A stretch of DNA of 64,000 nt from Octopus bimaculoides (GCF_001194135.2 NC_068981.1:44140840-44204839), one strand, 5' to 3'. Counted from the stretch's first letter, positions 12,880 to 26,470 are shown. The notes: generated by a model from the letters alone, not told the origin. Made by a program: numbers and translations.

Positions 12880-13092
12880 CTGAAATACAAAAATCATGAA
12901 TATATAAATATATAGTTGAAATTTATCGAAAAACAAAGACGAAGACAGGTGTATGAACAATAAGTAGGTGTATTAGTTTGATGTTCGGGGAAAGGAAATC
13001 CATTTACATATCTGTGTATTTATGTAACACGAATAAGGAACAATTATTTTACATTTTGATAATTCAAATATAAAATAGATAGTTAAACTCAC

Positions 13093-13185
13093 TTGTGCTC
13101 GTCAGAGGTCATTTTCTTATTGTTGGCCAAACATTTCAGCACATATTGCTGAAAATCTTCAATCACAAAATTGAAAGATCTCAAA
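13093..13185 (-). CDS. Internal exon, 93 nt: (D)LRSFNFVIEDFQQYVLKCLANNKKMTSDEH
   Basis: Acceptor ttccttcatttcttgtttcttatgcaag, donor gtgagt, phase 2 to 2, open. Confidence 0.8.
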
Positions 13186-13922
13186 CTTGCATAAGAAACA
13201 AGAAATGAAGGAAACGTAATATTTTAGCTAATCACGAGAGAAAAAGATGTCTGGATTTATGTTTGAAAACTTTGGATAAACAATATTTTATAAGCACAAA
13301 AATAAAGCATGAGATGTGGCAACAACATTTATTGTAATGTAATGATTTTAAAATAGGGATCTGACAGATATTTATTAGTTACATTAAGATATAGATGTAT
13401 ACTTACAAACGCCGGTCTCCTAGGAGAACAACAGTGATGTCATTCTTTGTGACCTTCATACTAAAATGGAAAGTTTGGAAATAACGCTGTTATTCGTCTT
13501 TATTGGAACAAAATGCAATGAGCATCGAAGTATAATTTTTAATTACTGCGCCTTATAAGGCAGTGTATTCATGATCTCATATTCAAATTAAAATAATGAT
13601 AATAGATTGAAATGATTTTTTCTGTATATATTTGCATATGTTAGTTTGTCTGTGTGTGAGAGTGAGAGATATAGACAGACATACAGAAACGTGCGCACAA
13701 AGTCAGTTCTGCTGATTTGTATGATATCCTTATGGAACAGTAAATGCGTAGTAAAGGAACTTTCACTAAAACCAGCTGGATCAACAATTACAATTCTTTG
13801 TTTTTTTATGTTTTACTTTATTTAATGTAAACGAATGAGGAAATGACACAGACAATACATTATTATATACATGATATATGTTATAAGATGTCATACATTC
13901 ATACACACACACACACACACAC

Positions 13923-13976
<54 letters not shown>

Positions 13977-14384
13977 AAACAAATCATGAAATAATCATAC
14001 ACTAGGGATCTTAAATTGAGAAAGATTTTAATAATCAGATTCCTTTTTTATATATTACAAATTTTATATTTAGATGCATTACTGTTATTCTATCTGATCT
14101 CATCAATGCGGAAGTAGTAAACCTGTATCCATCAGATACAGACATTCTGTTTTGTCATGATCACTATATCATGGAAGATCTAACCCTCTATAGTTTAATA
14201 TATACCACCCATATTTAATCAAGGTACCCTTGGACTGATGAATAGCCTGCGGTATACACCTCTTTTTGATATTTTCCACTTCCGAGGTTCCGCTCGCTAT
14301 GAAACATATGTAACCCGGATCACTTCTACCCCATGCCTTAACTCTTATATATATATATATATATATATATATACGTATTTATGT

Positions 14385-14625
14385 ATACATTTGAGTGTGT
14401 GTGTCATTGTGTGTTTTTGTCTACCACCACCACAACTATCATCGCTTCACAACCGATTTTGGCGTGATTGCATCACCGTAAGCTAGCGGTTTCGCATAAG
14501 ATATGGATCAAATACGCACTAGGGTTTTCAAGAGTAAATCCTAGTTTCTATTTTCGACTATAAACATTTCAAGGCGGTCTTCCCGCATGACCGCAGACGA
14601 ATGGCAGACAAATCACAAAATGAAA
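14385..14625 (+). mobile_element. Degenerate 3' half of CORE-type SINE
   Basis: catcgcttcacaaccgat...ccgtaagctagcggtt...aaggcggtcttcccgcatgaccgcag is the reverse complement of the motif series at 32140-32290. Confidence 0.6.
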
Positions 14626-14771
14626 GAATATACGTGTGTGTATGTGTTTTCGAACAAGGATAAATGCATGTGTATGCGCTCTAATAATTACGAACCACGA
14701 GCCTCAAGATAAAAGTTGAAGTATGGAGTTAGCAAATGAATTAATAAGAAATATCAAAAGAAAAAACTTAC

Positions 14772-14798
14772 TCCTTCCAGTCATTGACATTTCTCACT
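14772..14798 (-). CDS. Microexon, 27 nt: (E)VRNVNDWK
   Basis: Acceptor tatttcttttcatttctag, donor gtaagt. The only open frame is phase 2 to 2, matching its neighbours. Confidence 0.85.
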
Positions 14799-16543
14799 CT
14801 AGAAATGAAAAGAAATACATGTTATTTTCTCTGATAAAAACATTTTAAATCCTCTAAATTTTATTAAACTTTTTTTAGGGGAAAAGTGTCTGAATTATGT
14901 GGAATGTAAATGACTACAAATAAAATAACATATGTGTGGCATGAGACATACATATTAATTATGACCGTACATGACTACAATTATAAGTAACAGAAAATGG
15001 TATTTGTCGAATACTCAAGCGTTATGCAGTATACAAGGAAATGCTGTGTAAAAGTTGAATTCAGAATGAAGAAGTTACTTGACTTAAAATTTATAGCAGT
15101 ACCAAAAATACAGATATTGCATATTGTTGAAAGGAAATGAAAGAAGCTCAAGATTATAAAAAAAAGAAAAAACGTCTTTAAGTCTAAGGAATCGATGTAT
15201 ATATGGGAGTGATTCTATGGTAAGAATTTTGTATGTGTAATAAAGGGACTGGCAGATATTTCTCTTTTTGTTTAAACATATGATTTAAAATATACTTTCA
15301 TAATTTTCTCATTTTAAGTTCATATTTCATTTTTCATATCAACAGTACATAATATTATAAGCGTTGCTTTTTTCATCGCATAAAAACAGTCACCAGTTTC
15401 TCACAGATTACATATAGGGTCATATGTGTGCGTTTTGATTATGTATATATGCATACTTGTATATATGAAGTCATGTGTGTAAATGAATATATACGTATAC
15501 ATATATACATATATGTATATATATGTATATATATATGTATATNNNNNNNNNNNNNNNNNNNNNNNNNNNNNNNNNNNNNNNNNNNNNNNNNNNNNNNNNN
15601 NNNNNNNNNNNNNNNNNNNNNNNNNNNNNNNNNNNNNNNNNNNNNNNNNNNNNNNNNNNNNNNNNNNNNNNNNNNNNNNNNNNNNNNNNNNNNNNNNNNN
15701 NNNNNNNNNNNNNNNNNNNNNNNNNNNNNNNNNNNNNNNNNNNNNNNNNNNNNNNNATATATATACACATATATATACATACATACATACATGCATGCAT
15801 ACATACATACATACATACATACATACATACATACATACATACTTAAATACATACATACATACATACGTGGTACTCGTTTCAAATTTGGAAGTAGAGTGAT
15901 CATTTAATGCTGCAGCATGTGAAGAAAACCTTAATATATATCATTGTTATTCACTAACGTTCGTTGATAGGCAGAGAAAAACTGTCAACTACGAGTATAT
16001 ACGTTAGAAATTTCTTTACATAGCCAGAAAAGAAAATAATTTAAGTTCTATTTCCAGGTTAAAACAATTAATATTAGATTTAAAATTTTATCAATTTACA
16101 TATTTTGGTATGTCAGAATCTATAGCAGGATAAGTCTTAGTATACATCAATCATACATTTTGTTTGCTACTATAAAGTTCTGTATTGTAGGAAAGATTAG
16201 TAATATTATTAATTTGGAGAAGTATACATTATTCTAAATGTAAATACAAGCTTCGTGACACATATGTGTATTGCCGTTCGTGTTTGTTTCTTCTACCTTG
16301 GGTAGATTTTGCTCAAAGAATTGCGCCCAACTTTAATATATATAATGTAGTCTTATTTGAAACAAGTTAACATGATGACAATTTCAAATTAATAATATTT
16401 TATGACATGTATATTTGTATCATTGACAATTAAATGTTACTAAAATCATCAATGTCCACCAGGCGAGCCTGGGCGTTAAATGTCCTTATAGAGCAGGAGC
16501 AGGTCACACCCAATTAACAGAAATTGATATTATATACTAAATA

Positions 16544-16776
16544 AGGTGGCGAGCTGGCAGAAACGATAGCAAGCTGGGCGAAATGCTTGGTGGTATTTCG
16601 TCTGCCTTTAATGTTCTGAGTTCAAATTCACCTGAGGGCGACTTTTTCTTTCATCCTTTCGGGGTCAATTAAACAAGTTCTAGTTAAGCACTGGGGTTAA
16701 TGCAATCGACTTAATCCTTTTGTCTGTCCTTGTTTGTCTTCTCTATTGTTAGTCCCTTGTGAGATATAAAGAAATA
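16544..16776 (+). mobile_element. tRNA-derived SINE (same family as 548-781)
   Basis: aggtggcgagctggcagaaacg...gttctgagttcaaattc...tttcatcctttcggggtc...taaagaaata. Confidence 0.85.
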
Positions 16777-18835
16777 TATAATATATACTTACTCTTTTGC
16801 GCTACTATCTGCATTACTGTAAAGGAAAATGTGACAGTTGAATTTATTAACAAAAATGAAGTCAATTTTAATAATATAAACAATTAGAAATATAAAATCA
16901 TGGAGCTGTTTTGATTCCAGCTACAGAAATTTCAAATTTACTCAACACAATTCATATATAACTTGAAGCATCATTCAATTCGGACTTGTCATCATATTCA
17001 TGTGGTGTTGTGCTGGATGTCATTGTTGTATTAAGGATAGTTTTAGGACAATGAAACTATAATTGAGGAAGTGACAGCTCTTTCTGTTTTGTATATTTGT
17101 CACCAGATAACCAAGTTTCATCACTTGGTAATGGATTATTATATTACAGTGATTATTGCGCACGTATTTACAAATATATATATATATATATATATATANN
17201 NNNNNNNNNNNNNNNNNNNNNNNNNNNNNNNNNNNNNNNNNNNNNNNNNNNNNNNNNNNNNNNNNNNNNNNNNNNNNNNNNNNNNNNNNNNNNNNNNNNN
17301 NNNNNNNNNNNNNNNNNNNNNNNNNNNNNNNNNNNNNNNNNNNNNTATGTGTGTGTGTGTGTGTTTACCTGTATGTGCATGTGTCAGTATGCGCGTGTAC
17401 ATATGGATAAACCAGTTTGGCTAGCGTAAGCTAGTATGACATGTATGGTCAAGCTATACGGCACATGATCGTCAGGTATATGTATTTAATTTCATTGTTA
17501 GGTATTGATCTTAGGTAATAAGCATAGTCAAACTAAGAAAGCATTCATCAAAATGTTGTGTGTATAGCTACTACTCAACATTATTTAACTTTTTTTTAAA
17601 TATGAACATCATTCATATCGGAAGCAAAAACACTTGAATTACATAATTTGCAATGTTCAAAACTGTTGCAGTAGACGTTTCTGTTTACGCAAATTATACA
17701 TTTTGATTGTGAGTGTGAAAACTCTCAAAAAGAGGAACCCATGTTGTTAATTTGTAGAATAATCCATTTTTCAAAAGACGTTTCTTTGATATATTAATAC
17801 TTGCTGTCTCACACAACATTCTGTGTTCACTTTTTTCTGTTTCTTCAACCAAGGTTTGTTTCTTCACTAATATTTGCAACTGAATTTAATATACAACCTT
17901 TATTCTTATTGAGAAAACATAACAAAACTTATATTGCATATTGATATTTTATACAATGCATATATTTCCTAAGGGAAGCATTAAATTCATGTTGATTAGA
18001 TACTATTAGAAATATTGTGAACTCTACCAGTTAAGGTTATATTCCATATACACTTGAAGTAGGTCCGTTATAAACATAATGTTCATCGTTTAGTGTTGAG
18101 CTGAATTGGATGTCGTTTGTTACAATTTAATGCCTGTGCACTTGTGATATTAAGAAGACTGATGTTCATCTTGAACATGTTCAGCTGGATGCTATTGTTA
18201 AAACATAGTTGAGATGGACGCTTTGTGTTCTGACTTTCCATCACCTATGTCCTGCAGAGTAGGGCATGGTGATTGGAAGGAGAAATATATGAGATGGGTG
18301 GATTCTATGAAACGCACAGTTCACTGTATCAATAGTGCTCCTAGCAGATGACGAGCGATGACATGTCATTTTCGGACACTGTGATATGTGCACAAGCTGG
18401 CAAGGATTACTTATAGGATATAGATTCGGTAGAATATTTAAGGTTGAAATTGTGAGTTAAATATTTATATAGTATGCTATAGAAAGGTTTATTTAACTAG
18501 TATATGCTTTGCTTGTGTATGTGATTTGTGCATCCGAACTCTCGGTCCTATTGTGTAGAGGGTTTTGGAATCTGGTGTATAAGATTAATAGGGATGAAGT
18601 TCTCGCACATATGTTTAATGGAATGCTACATGTTCTCATAGGAGTTTTAGTATGATTTTAACGGAAGAGTTAGTTATCACTCAATTTTCGCACTTTGACA
18701 GTAACACCGTCCCTGATAACATAGAGCTCTCTAATTTCAATCTCGCTGGAACACAAACCTTGATCAAGTGTTTGTACAAGTGATGGAATATTACATCAAT
18801 CGAGTATGTAGGATAATTCAAGTTTCAATACTTAC

Positions 18836-18871
18836 TCTCCTATTCCCAGGAAACGTAACAGCCCTTCAGAT
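18836..18871 (-). CDS. Microexon, 36 nt: (R)SEGLLRFLGIG
   Basis: Acceptor caatatttttcag, donor gtaagt, phase 2 to 2; frame 0 has a stop. Confidence 0.85.
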
Positions 18872-18899
18872 CTGAAAAATATTGACATATAATCAATTA

Positions 18900-18937
<38 letters not shown>

Positions 18938-18999
18938 NNNNNNNNNNNNNNNNNNNNNNNNNNNNNNNNNNNNNNNNNNNNNNNNNNNNNNNNNNNNNN

Positions 19000-19041
<42 letters not shown>

Positions 19042-19089
19042 AGGCAAGCAGAGTTAGTGGTTATGATAATAAGCTTGAGAAATTTTAGC

Positions 19090-19155
19090 CTGACACAAGT
19101 ATGAACTCCACCATCAACACCAACACGAAGTATGTGATGTTCAGAACATCGTTGA
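19090..19155 (-). CDS. Probable exon, 66 nt: (A)QRCSEHHILRVGVDGGVHTCV, requires a GC donor
   Basis: Good acceptor attttgtttgccag and an open phase-2 frame. The only phase-2 exit is CAG|gctaaa (non-canonical and weak). Confidence 0.55.
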
Positions 19156-19344
19156 CTGGCAAACAAAATCCAATTTATATATGTATGTGTGTAAATGTAT
19201 GCATATAAATATTTTTCAAATGCAATTAACAATTCACCAAATATGAAAAACGTTCAAATACAACGCAAAATTTACATTCAATTTATATGTGATGGAATAT
19301 TGTCCTCTGTATGTATAATACCTGTTTAATCTGAACATTCACAT

Positions 19345-19600
19345 TTATACACGGTATATGAAATTACTGAGATGTAGTAGCATAACAAGTGATTTGGTCT
19401 GAGATCGCGTGCTTAAACAAAAACTATTGCAGCGTGGAAGATATTTGTAAGCCATTTAAGAACACATAAAATCCGTTAATATCACTTGAACGTTTAAATT
19501 TAATTGGTATCAAAATATTTTCGTCGCATTGAAACCGCGACCTGTTCACTGACAAAACTTCGTGCTGCATGAATTATTGTCAGTGAACAGGTTGCAGTGA
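19345..19600. mobile_element. Truncated fold-back repeat; its central hairpin is retained at 19537-19595
   Basis: gcgacctgttcactgacaa and ttgtcagtgaacaggttgc pair at 18/19 with a 21-nt loop. The left flank resembles a long palindromic repeat I recall from octopus DNA (recognition, not verified). Confidence 0.5.
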
Positions 19601-19631
19601 AACTATATGAAAGTGTTTTAAATATACTTAC

Positions 19632-19670
19632 GCGATATTTCCCAAGAAACCAGAAAATGCGCCGCTTACA
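19632..19670 (-). CDS. Microexon, 39 nt: VSGAFSGFLGNI
   Basis: Acceptor aatttattctttcattttag, donor gtaagt, phase 2 to 2, open. Confidence 0.8.
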
Positions 19671-19878
19671 CTAAAATGAAAGAATAAATTTACTACATGA
19701 GTTATAGGATAAAAATGAAAACAAAAAAAACTTCATAGGGTATGATAAGCATTTTTTTAATCACTTATGTTTGACTTTGAATGTGATTTTAAGTAATATT
19801 TGAATATATATATTTTTTTTAAATGGGCAGTTTATCCAATTTGCTATGCGCGAAATTGCGACCAATTAATTTCTCGTA

Positions 19879-19958
<80 letters not shown>

Positions 19959-20599
19959 GAAAGAAAGAGAGAGAGCAATAAGAAAATGGAGGGGATTAAT
20001 AGGTGGTATTCATGAACTTATAGACATTATGTTATGTCAAATTATTTGTTTATTTACTAAAAGAGCAATTATAATAATATACAAACGCATATTTCATATT
20101 ATTCCCTACATATATGATATAATATAATAATATATAAAATGAAAAATATAAAATATAAAATATCAGTAATTATAAAAATATAACATATAGTGATAGAAAA
20201 TGGGATAATATCTTAAAGCTCTTTCAGTCTAGGGGTAAAACACCTCATTCTAACTTTATCACTCCAGTAAACTGAATAATTATTAGATGAAATAGAGGTA
20301 CTTAGATGTTTCTCTAGGCCACATCAGAGAGATAAAAATCAAGGGTGTGTAGATTTTAGAACATTTATAAATAGGTCTCACTGCTGTTTCCAGAATATTT
20401 ATTATATCTCTTCATCGGAGACGGTGTGAGAAGATGGTTAAGCTATAGTTAATTTAGATAAGATACGAAATAGAGAGAGAGGTGGAGGAATGAAAATAGA
20501 TGAGAGATATACATGTATATATATACAGCCTTGATGTGAGATGTGAGATTTAGATGTATATATATATATATATATATATATGGATGTATCTCAGCCTAC

Positions 20600-21480
20600 A
20601 AGACGACTGTTGTAATGTTCCAGCCTGCACCAGTAAATCCATATGTAGAACCAGCTATCTTGGTTGAAGGAACAATTTTGAAAGTGGTAGACGAGTTTGT
20701 CTAACTGGGGAGCACACTCAGCCGTTTTTGCTGCCTGGATGATGAAATATCTTTCAGGCTGCAGAGAGCAACTGATTCTTTCCGGTCTCTTGAGTCTTGT
20801 GTCTCGTCCCAACATCACAAGGCAAACTAAAATTGCTGTGTATCGTACATGTGTACTGGCATCGTTCCTTTACACATGTCGGACATGAACCCTTTACAAA
20901 CGTCATTTAGGTGTCCTTGAATGCTTTCATCAGAGATGTCTGAAACACATTCTGAATGTTGGTTGGACCTTAAAAGCTCTAGACACACAGGTCCCGAGGA
21001 CAGCTGATATATTGAGTATTGAGGCGACGGTGCACAAACACTAGCTATGTTGGACTGGACACCTTATTAGAAGGAAAGATAGCAGGATCCTTAAACAGAT
21101 GCTATACGGAGAACTAGTTAATGGAAAGAGACCCCGGCAGAAACCAAGGCTGCGATTTAAGGACTGTGTCATGTACTCATTAAAGGCCTGTGATATGTAG
21201 GTGACTGACTAGGAGAACAATGCCTGTGATCGTCACAAATGAAGGAAGCAGGTTGAGGAGGGGGAAACACCTTTGAGAAAGCACGTATTCTGCATGAAAA
21301 AGTTTAGCGTGCAGCTCCAAGGCGCATGAAGAAAGCTTGGTTTGCAATGTTTGCAGTCGTGTATGCTTGTCAAAGGTTCATCTGCTATAATAGAGCCGCG
21401 AATGCAAAATATAAGTTAGTCACAGAGCACACAATGTTCCTGAAGGTCAGCAACAGTCTTTCTCAGACGGCCATCATAGA
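20600..21480 (+). mobile_element. 5'-truncated, degraded RTE-clade LINE (RT C-terminus to 3' UTR)
   Basis: Frameshifted translation: EPAILVEGTILKVVDEFV*LGSTLS..LDDEI; TKIAVYRTCVL; FHQRCLKHILNV; KQMLYGELVNGKRPRQKPRLRFKD; VCNVCSRVCLS. Confidence 0.85.
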
Positions 21481-21616
21481 CATATATATTTATATACATA
21501 CATATATAATTTATATGTATTTATGCATATATATGTACGTATGCATGTATGTGGATGTAAAGAAATGCTATTCTTTATAATTTTATCTACTTTCAGTCCC
21601 AAAGTTTAATGGATAC

Positions 21617-21633
21617 TTATTTTGCCCATATAC
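21617..21633 (-). CDS. Candidate 17-nt microexon: VYGQN
   Basis: Acceptor caatatcatttttag, weak donor gtatcc. Phase 0 to 2 bridges the 13-nt and 39-nt exons in one reading. Confidence 0.35.
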
Positions 21634-21815
21634 CTAAAAATGATATTGTTATAGGGTACAGTTTTCACATTAATATAATATAAAATTCAATAACTTACAT
21701 ATCTAGTGTCGCTTTGCCAAGACGAGCTCTGTAAAGGAAAACAATAAATAAATAAAATACATGATAAATGAAATATAGAGAAATTTATGTATAGACACAG
21801 ACACATATTACTAAC

Positions 21816-21828
21816 ACAGTAGCGCCAC
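21816..21828 (-). CDS. Candidate 13-nt microexon: (R)WRYC, or GAT(V) in the alternative phase
   Basis: Acceptor aatacttttctag, donor gttagt (same donor type as at 12811). Confidence 0.5.
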
Positions 21829-21849
21829 CTAGAAAAGTATTTATATTAA

Positions 21850-21990
21850 TTATTTTAGGAGACCATGGACCACTCAAGCAGAAAGTTGTTCTTGGCTGAG
21901 ACATATCCAGGTGTAGGTGGTTTACCGGGTATTTCCTGGATGATTTTGCTCAGGTACCGTTTTAAAGTTGTAGGGCGTTTTCTACTTTAA
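21850..21990 (-). mobile_element. 3'-terminal remnant of a CR1/L2-type LINE
   Basis: Translates KRYLSKIIQEIPGKPPTPGYVSAKNNFLLEW, resembling the K..LD..L..IPD.P...GY...NSL end of CR1-group ORF2. Confidence 0.45.
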
Positions 21991-22818
21991 TTTCTTTTGA
22001 GATATATAACGTTCTTTACGTTACATACATCAATTCATTGAACCTTCATAAAATACACCTTTTAGATTCTTTCGTTCACCACTTCACCTTAAATTATTAA
22101 GTTGGAAATAAAACCTCATATGTTTGGCAATAAATTTGAAGTGTGTTATTATTTACTATAAGATATGCATTCATTTATATTTACATTCTAATGCTTTTGT
22201 TCCTTAACAGATTACTTCAAAGCATAGTACTTTCCAAATTGATAAAGATTATATTCTTTAAAAACTAGTTTAGAACTAACTTTAACACGTGCGTGCATGC
22301 GCAGGGGTGTGGGCGTATGTAAATGAGTATGTGTTTATATAATTGTGAAGGTATACAGAGCACATTCAACATTAATATTACATAATCAAGTATAACTCAC
22401 ATGGCGCGTTTGCTCCTGACTGATCGTTTTGGCCTGTAAACAAACGAACATAACTCATTAATAAATCAAATATGACGGTAATCAAGTATATANNNNNNNN
22501 NNNNNNNNNNNNNNNNNNNNNNNNNNNNNNNNNNNNNNNNNNNNNNNNNNNNNNNNNNNNNNNNNNNNNNNNNNNNNNNNNNNNNNNNNNNNNNNNNNNN
22601 NNNNNNNNNNNNNNNNNNNNNNNNNNNNNNNNNNNNNNNNNNNNNNNNNNNNNNNNNNNNNNNNNNNNNNNNNNNNNNNNNNNNNNNNNNNNNNNNNNNN
22701 NNNNNNNNNNNNNNNNNNNNNNNNNNNNNNNNNNNNNNNNNNNNNNNNNNNNNNNNNNNNNNNNNNNNNNNNNNNNNNNNNNNNNNNNNNNNNNNNNNNN
22801 NNNNNNNNNNNNNNNNNN

Positions 22819-22884
<66 letters not shown>

Positions 22885-23350
22885 TAATGTTTGATGCCAC
22901 TTCAACATGACTGTTTCGTCCGGAACAATGTTACTACTACATTTTATTTCCAGAATAACAGTGCGGAATTCCTGAAGTATATCCAGTGGGAGTATAACTC
23001 AACCGTGGATGACATCAGGTAGCCCAAGCTGTGAACTTGATTTACTAAATACACTAATTCACAATTACCCATTAGCCCACTTAGACTTGAGACAATGGAA
23101 AAGACTATAACTCAGTTCGAAACACGGTTCGAAACACATTGAAGACTCATGAGTAAACAATACATAACATTTTTCCGAATTAATATATAATCTGTAGCTT
23201 GATGCTTACAAAAGTGTGCAGACAACTCTTGTTCAGCTGGACAAAGATGTGGCGATGTAAATACTGCAAAGCTTCGAAGTAAAATGGCATATGTCAACTT
23301 CAATTAGATTTGTAAATCTAATTTGATCCCAAAGAATATAACTAATTATA

Positions 23351-23572
23351 TACAGGCGGATGGTGAAAAGTCGTTAGTTTTAAGGATATCGTGAAAGTCC
23401 CGGCTGGAAACCCAAACTTCCGCGTTCATTTAAACTGCTTAGAAAAACTGAAAGACCGCTGCAATAAGTGTATGAGTCCTGGAGGGGAATTTGTTGGATA
23501 AAACCATAAATAACTGATCCAACTGCATTTTCTTTTCTCCGAAGCCAGGAACATTTCAGTACACTCTTATAT
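23351..23572 (+). mobile_element. Short degenerate mariner deletion derivative
   Basis: Right end gaagccaggaacatttcagtacactc is a mariner-type TIR. Internal LKDRCNKCMSPGGEFVG* resembles the mariner C-terminus (RW.KC...GEYVE). Left TIR is degenerate. Confidence 0.55.
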
Positions 23573-23846
23573 TATGAACTCTACAAAAAGACAATGTAAT
23601 TCCATTGGTTGTGGAATTATACACCACTAAATAGTATTTGGTTGTAGTTAAATTTGTAGATATAAGATTTATCCTAATAATATTTATGCGATCAATAACA
23701 TGTGCTACGTAAATAATAATTAGTGTGATAATTAGTGTAAAATAATATTTCCAAATAAATATAATAAAATTGCAATTCCAAATAGATTTAACGACACTGC
23801 ACAAGCATAATCAGATTATTTCACTGAGGAAATTTTGATGACTTAC

Positions 23847-23896
23847 CGTTTAAATTCTTTGCCCTTGGGAATGGCAAAAGGATCCTCAAAGATCTT
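23847..23896 (-). CDS. Internal exon, 50 nt: KIFEDPFAIPKGKEFK(R)
   Basis: Acceptor gggttgttttcag, donor CG|gtaagt, open and GC-richer than its flanks. A second frame is also open. Confidence 0.7.
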
Positions 23897-25189
23897 CTGA
23901 AAACAACCCATAGCATTTTTAAATGCTTTTTTTTCATACTGTTTGAAGTGGTAAATCGGAAACAGTAGTAGGCGTTTTATATATCTGTGAATAAGGCATG
24001 AACTTCCAATTAGAGCAATAACATGAACAATATACAAATAAACATATATATATAAAAACATATCAACTACAATATACATATATGCGGTGTGCGTATATAT
24101 ATTTATATACACACACATGTATATGTATAAATATCCATATATATATGTATGTATGCATGTATCTATCTGTCTCTATATATATATGTATGTATATAGGCAT
24201 ATATATATATATATANNNNNNNNNNNNNNNNNNNNNNNNNNNNNNNNNNNNNNNNNNNNNNNNNNNNNNNNNNNNNNNNNNNNNNNNNNNNNNNNNNNNN
24301 NNNNNNNNNNNNNNNNNNNNNNNNNNNNNNNNNNNNNNNNNNNNNNNNNNNNNNNNNNNNNNNNNNNNNNNNNNNNNNNNNNNNNNNNNNNNNNNNNNNN
24401 NNNNNNNNNNNNNNNNNNNNNNNNNNNNNNNNNNNNNNNNNNNNNNNNNNNNNNNNNNNNNNNNNNNNNNNNNNNNNNNNNNNNNNNNNNNNNNNNNNNN
24501 NNNNNNNNNNNNNNNNNNNNNNNNNNNNNNNNNNNNNNNNNNNNNNNNNNNNNNNNNNNNNNNNNNNNNNNNNNNNNNNNNNNNNNNNNNNNNNNNNNNN
24601 NNNNNNNNNNNNNNNNNNNNNNNNNNNNNNNNNNNNNNNNNNNNNNNNNNNNNNNNNNNNNNNNNNNNNNNNNNNNNNNNNNNNNNNNNNNNNNNNNNNN
24701 NNNNNNNNNNNNNNNNNNNNNNNNNNNNNATGAGAAAAAAATTAAGAATCAGTTGAAATAGGTACTTAAGTTGAAGCACCAAGTTAATCCGGTATTATCC
24801 TCAAAACTCGAAATAAAGTGAACAAAATCAAATTAAGTAACAGGACATCAAATCGTAATGCAGTACAACCGTTTCAAGCGGCTCTATTTAATTGAACAAT
24901 GCAATCTTTACATCAATTTAGATACAGAGCTATATTCAGCTGCACAAAGTATAGAATTCTATATGTTTGAGGAGATAAAGATAGCACTGCATTTCTAGAT
25001 GCTGATGGTCAGACTAAAATCCTTCGACGCTCGTGAGAAGTTATTAGATTGTCAAGAAAGTTCTTGCAGAATTTTAAAGTTTTGTTTGAAATGACGTATT
25101 TTCAAAATAGATTCGTTAAATTACTTTGATTTCATATATCATTTAAAAGCCCGTTTTTCACTCTATCTATTCGTGTTACTCTTTTTCTT

Positions 25190-26270
25190 TTTGGATAATT
25201 AAGCTATTTTGTCCGGACCGTTGAATACAACAGGGGCAAAAAGTAAATTCGCACATTTTCTTATTCCAGTTGAAGATTGGCCGAAAAGCTTTACTCTTTC
25301 TGTAAACTTTCGAATGCTGCTTCCCACAGGACGCATAAATACAAAGCAAATCAGAGCGTGGCAACTACACAGTCGTGTTTTGTTCCATTGGAGACTGTGA
25401 ATGAAACGAACATTTCCGCGCTTGATCTGACAGAAGCCATCATCCGTTGATAGAAATATATGATGACATTGAGAATCTTTTCGGGAACACCTAGCTATCA
25501 AAGGACAAACCAAAGAGCAACCATTGCTACAGTGATGAAAGGTTTAGTTAGTTCTACAGGAACGTCTCGATCATGTTCTCCAGCTTTTACTGCAATTTCC
25601 TTAGGTTGAAAATCATATCCACTGTGCCTCGACCAACCCAAAAGCAACACTGACATTCAAGAAACACTAAGTTAGCAGGGACATCTTTTAATTCGTTTAA
25701 TATAAACCTTCTAAGGATCTTCACATAAGGGAAATACTTCTTTAGTGGTTACATTCGTATTTGTTGCCTTTAATATTTGGTTACTTCATTTAAATTCATG
25801 ATTGGAGAATTGCAGATGGGAATACCTGCATATTTATTTTTGCCAATGCAAACGTGCAATGACATGGAGTCTTTCACTAATTATAAGAGAAGTTCCACCA
25901 AGTCCTTCCGAATAGCAAACTCAACACATGAGTCTTTATTTACATCTTGAGGTTTACCCAGCCATAAAAAAGTGTACCAGCATCATCCTCTTACAGCTGA
26001 ACACAATCCGTTAATCTAGTTCCTAAGAGAGCTACTACTCCAATGTATTTTTATTCTTCAAGAGATGGTCAACTAAAGCAGTCCTACGTTTAGTTTTTCT
26101 TACTGTCCTGAAGTGTTCTCAATTTCCAAGATGCAAAAAAGGGTTGATTACTCATGATTTCATGACGAGATTTGTTTTTTGCCCCGCAGGTGTCCAAGTA
26201 ACATTCTCCTCAACTTGCAAGCTGGGAGGGATAGCCAGTCTTGTCACCGAGGATCTAACCATGCAACATG
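25190..26270 (-). mobile_element. Heavily degraded, internally deleted RTE LINE (APE start fused to RT)
   Basis: FFASWKLRTLQD..KRRTAL (cf. SWNVRTL..ERRTAL); ECQCCFWVGRGTVDMIFNLRKLQ (cf. QCGFR.GRGT.DMIF.LRQLQ); LGVPEK; FTVSNGTKHDCVVA. Confidence 0.8.
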
Positions 26271-26382
26271 TTATAGCGTGTTACATGTTACCACTAGCGC
26301 TCGAGAGTGACCTGACACAAATATGTGTGTATGTGTGTGTATGTGCATGCATGTATGTACGTATAATGTATGTATGCCTGTG

Positions 26383-26470
<88 letters not shown>

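Noticed and set aside
17694-17879. ORF LQILVKKQTLVEETEK... as a host exon
   Set aside because: Entry phase does not fit the 36-nt to 27-nt chain, which joins without it, and there is no in-frame donor before the stop.
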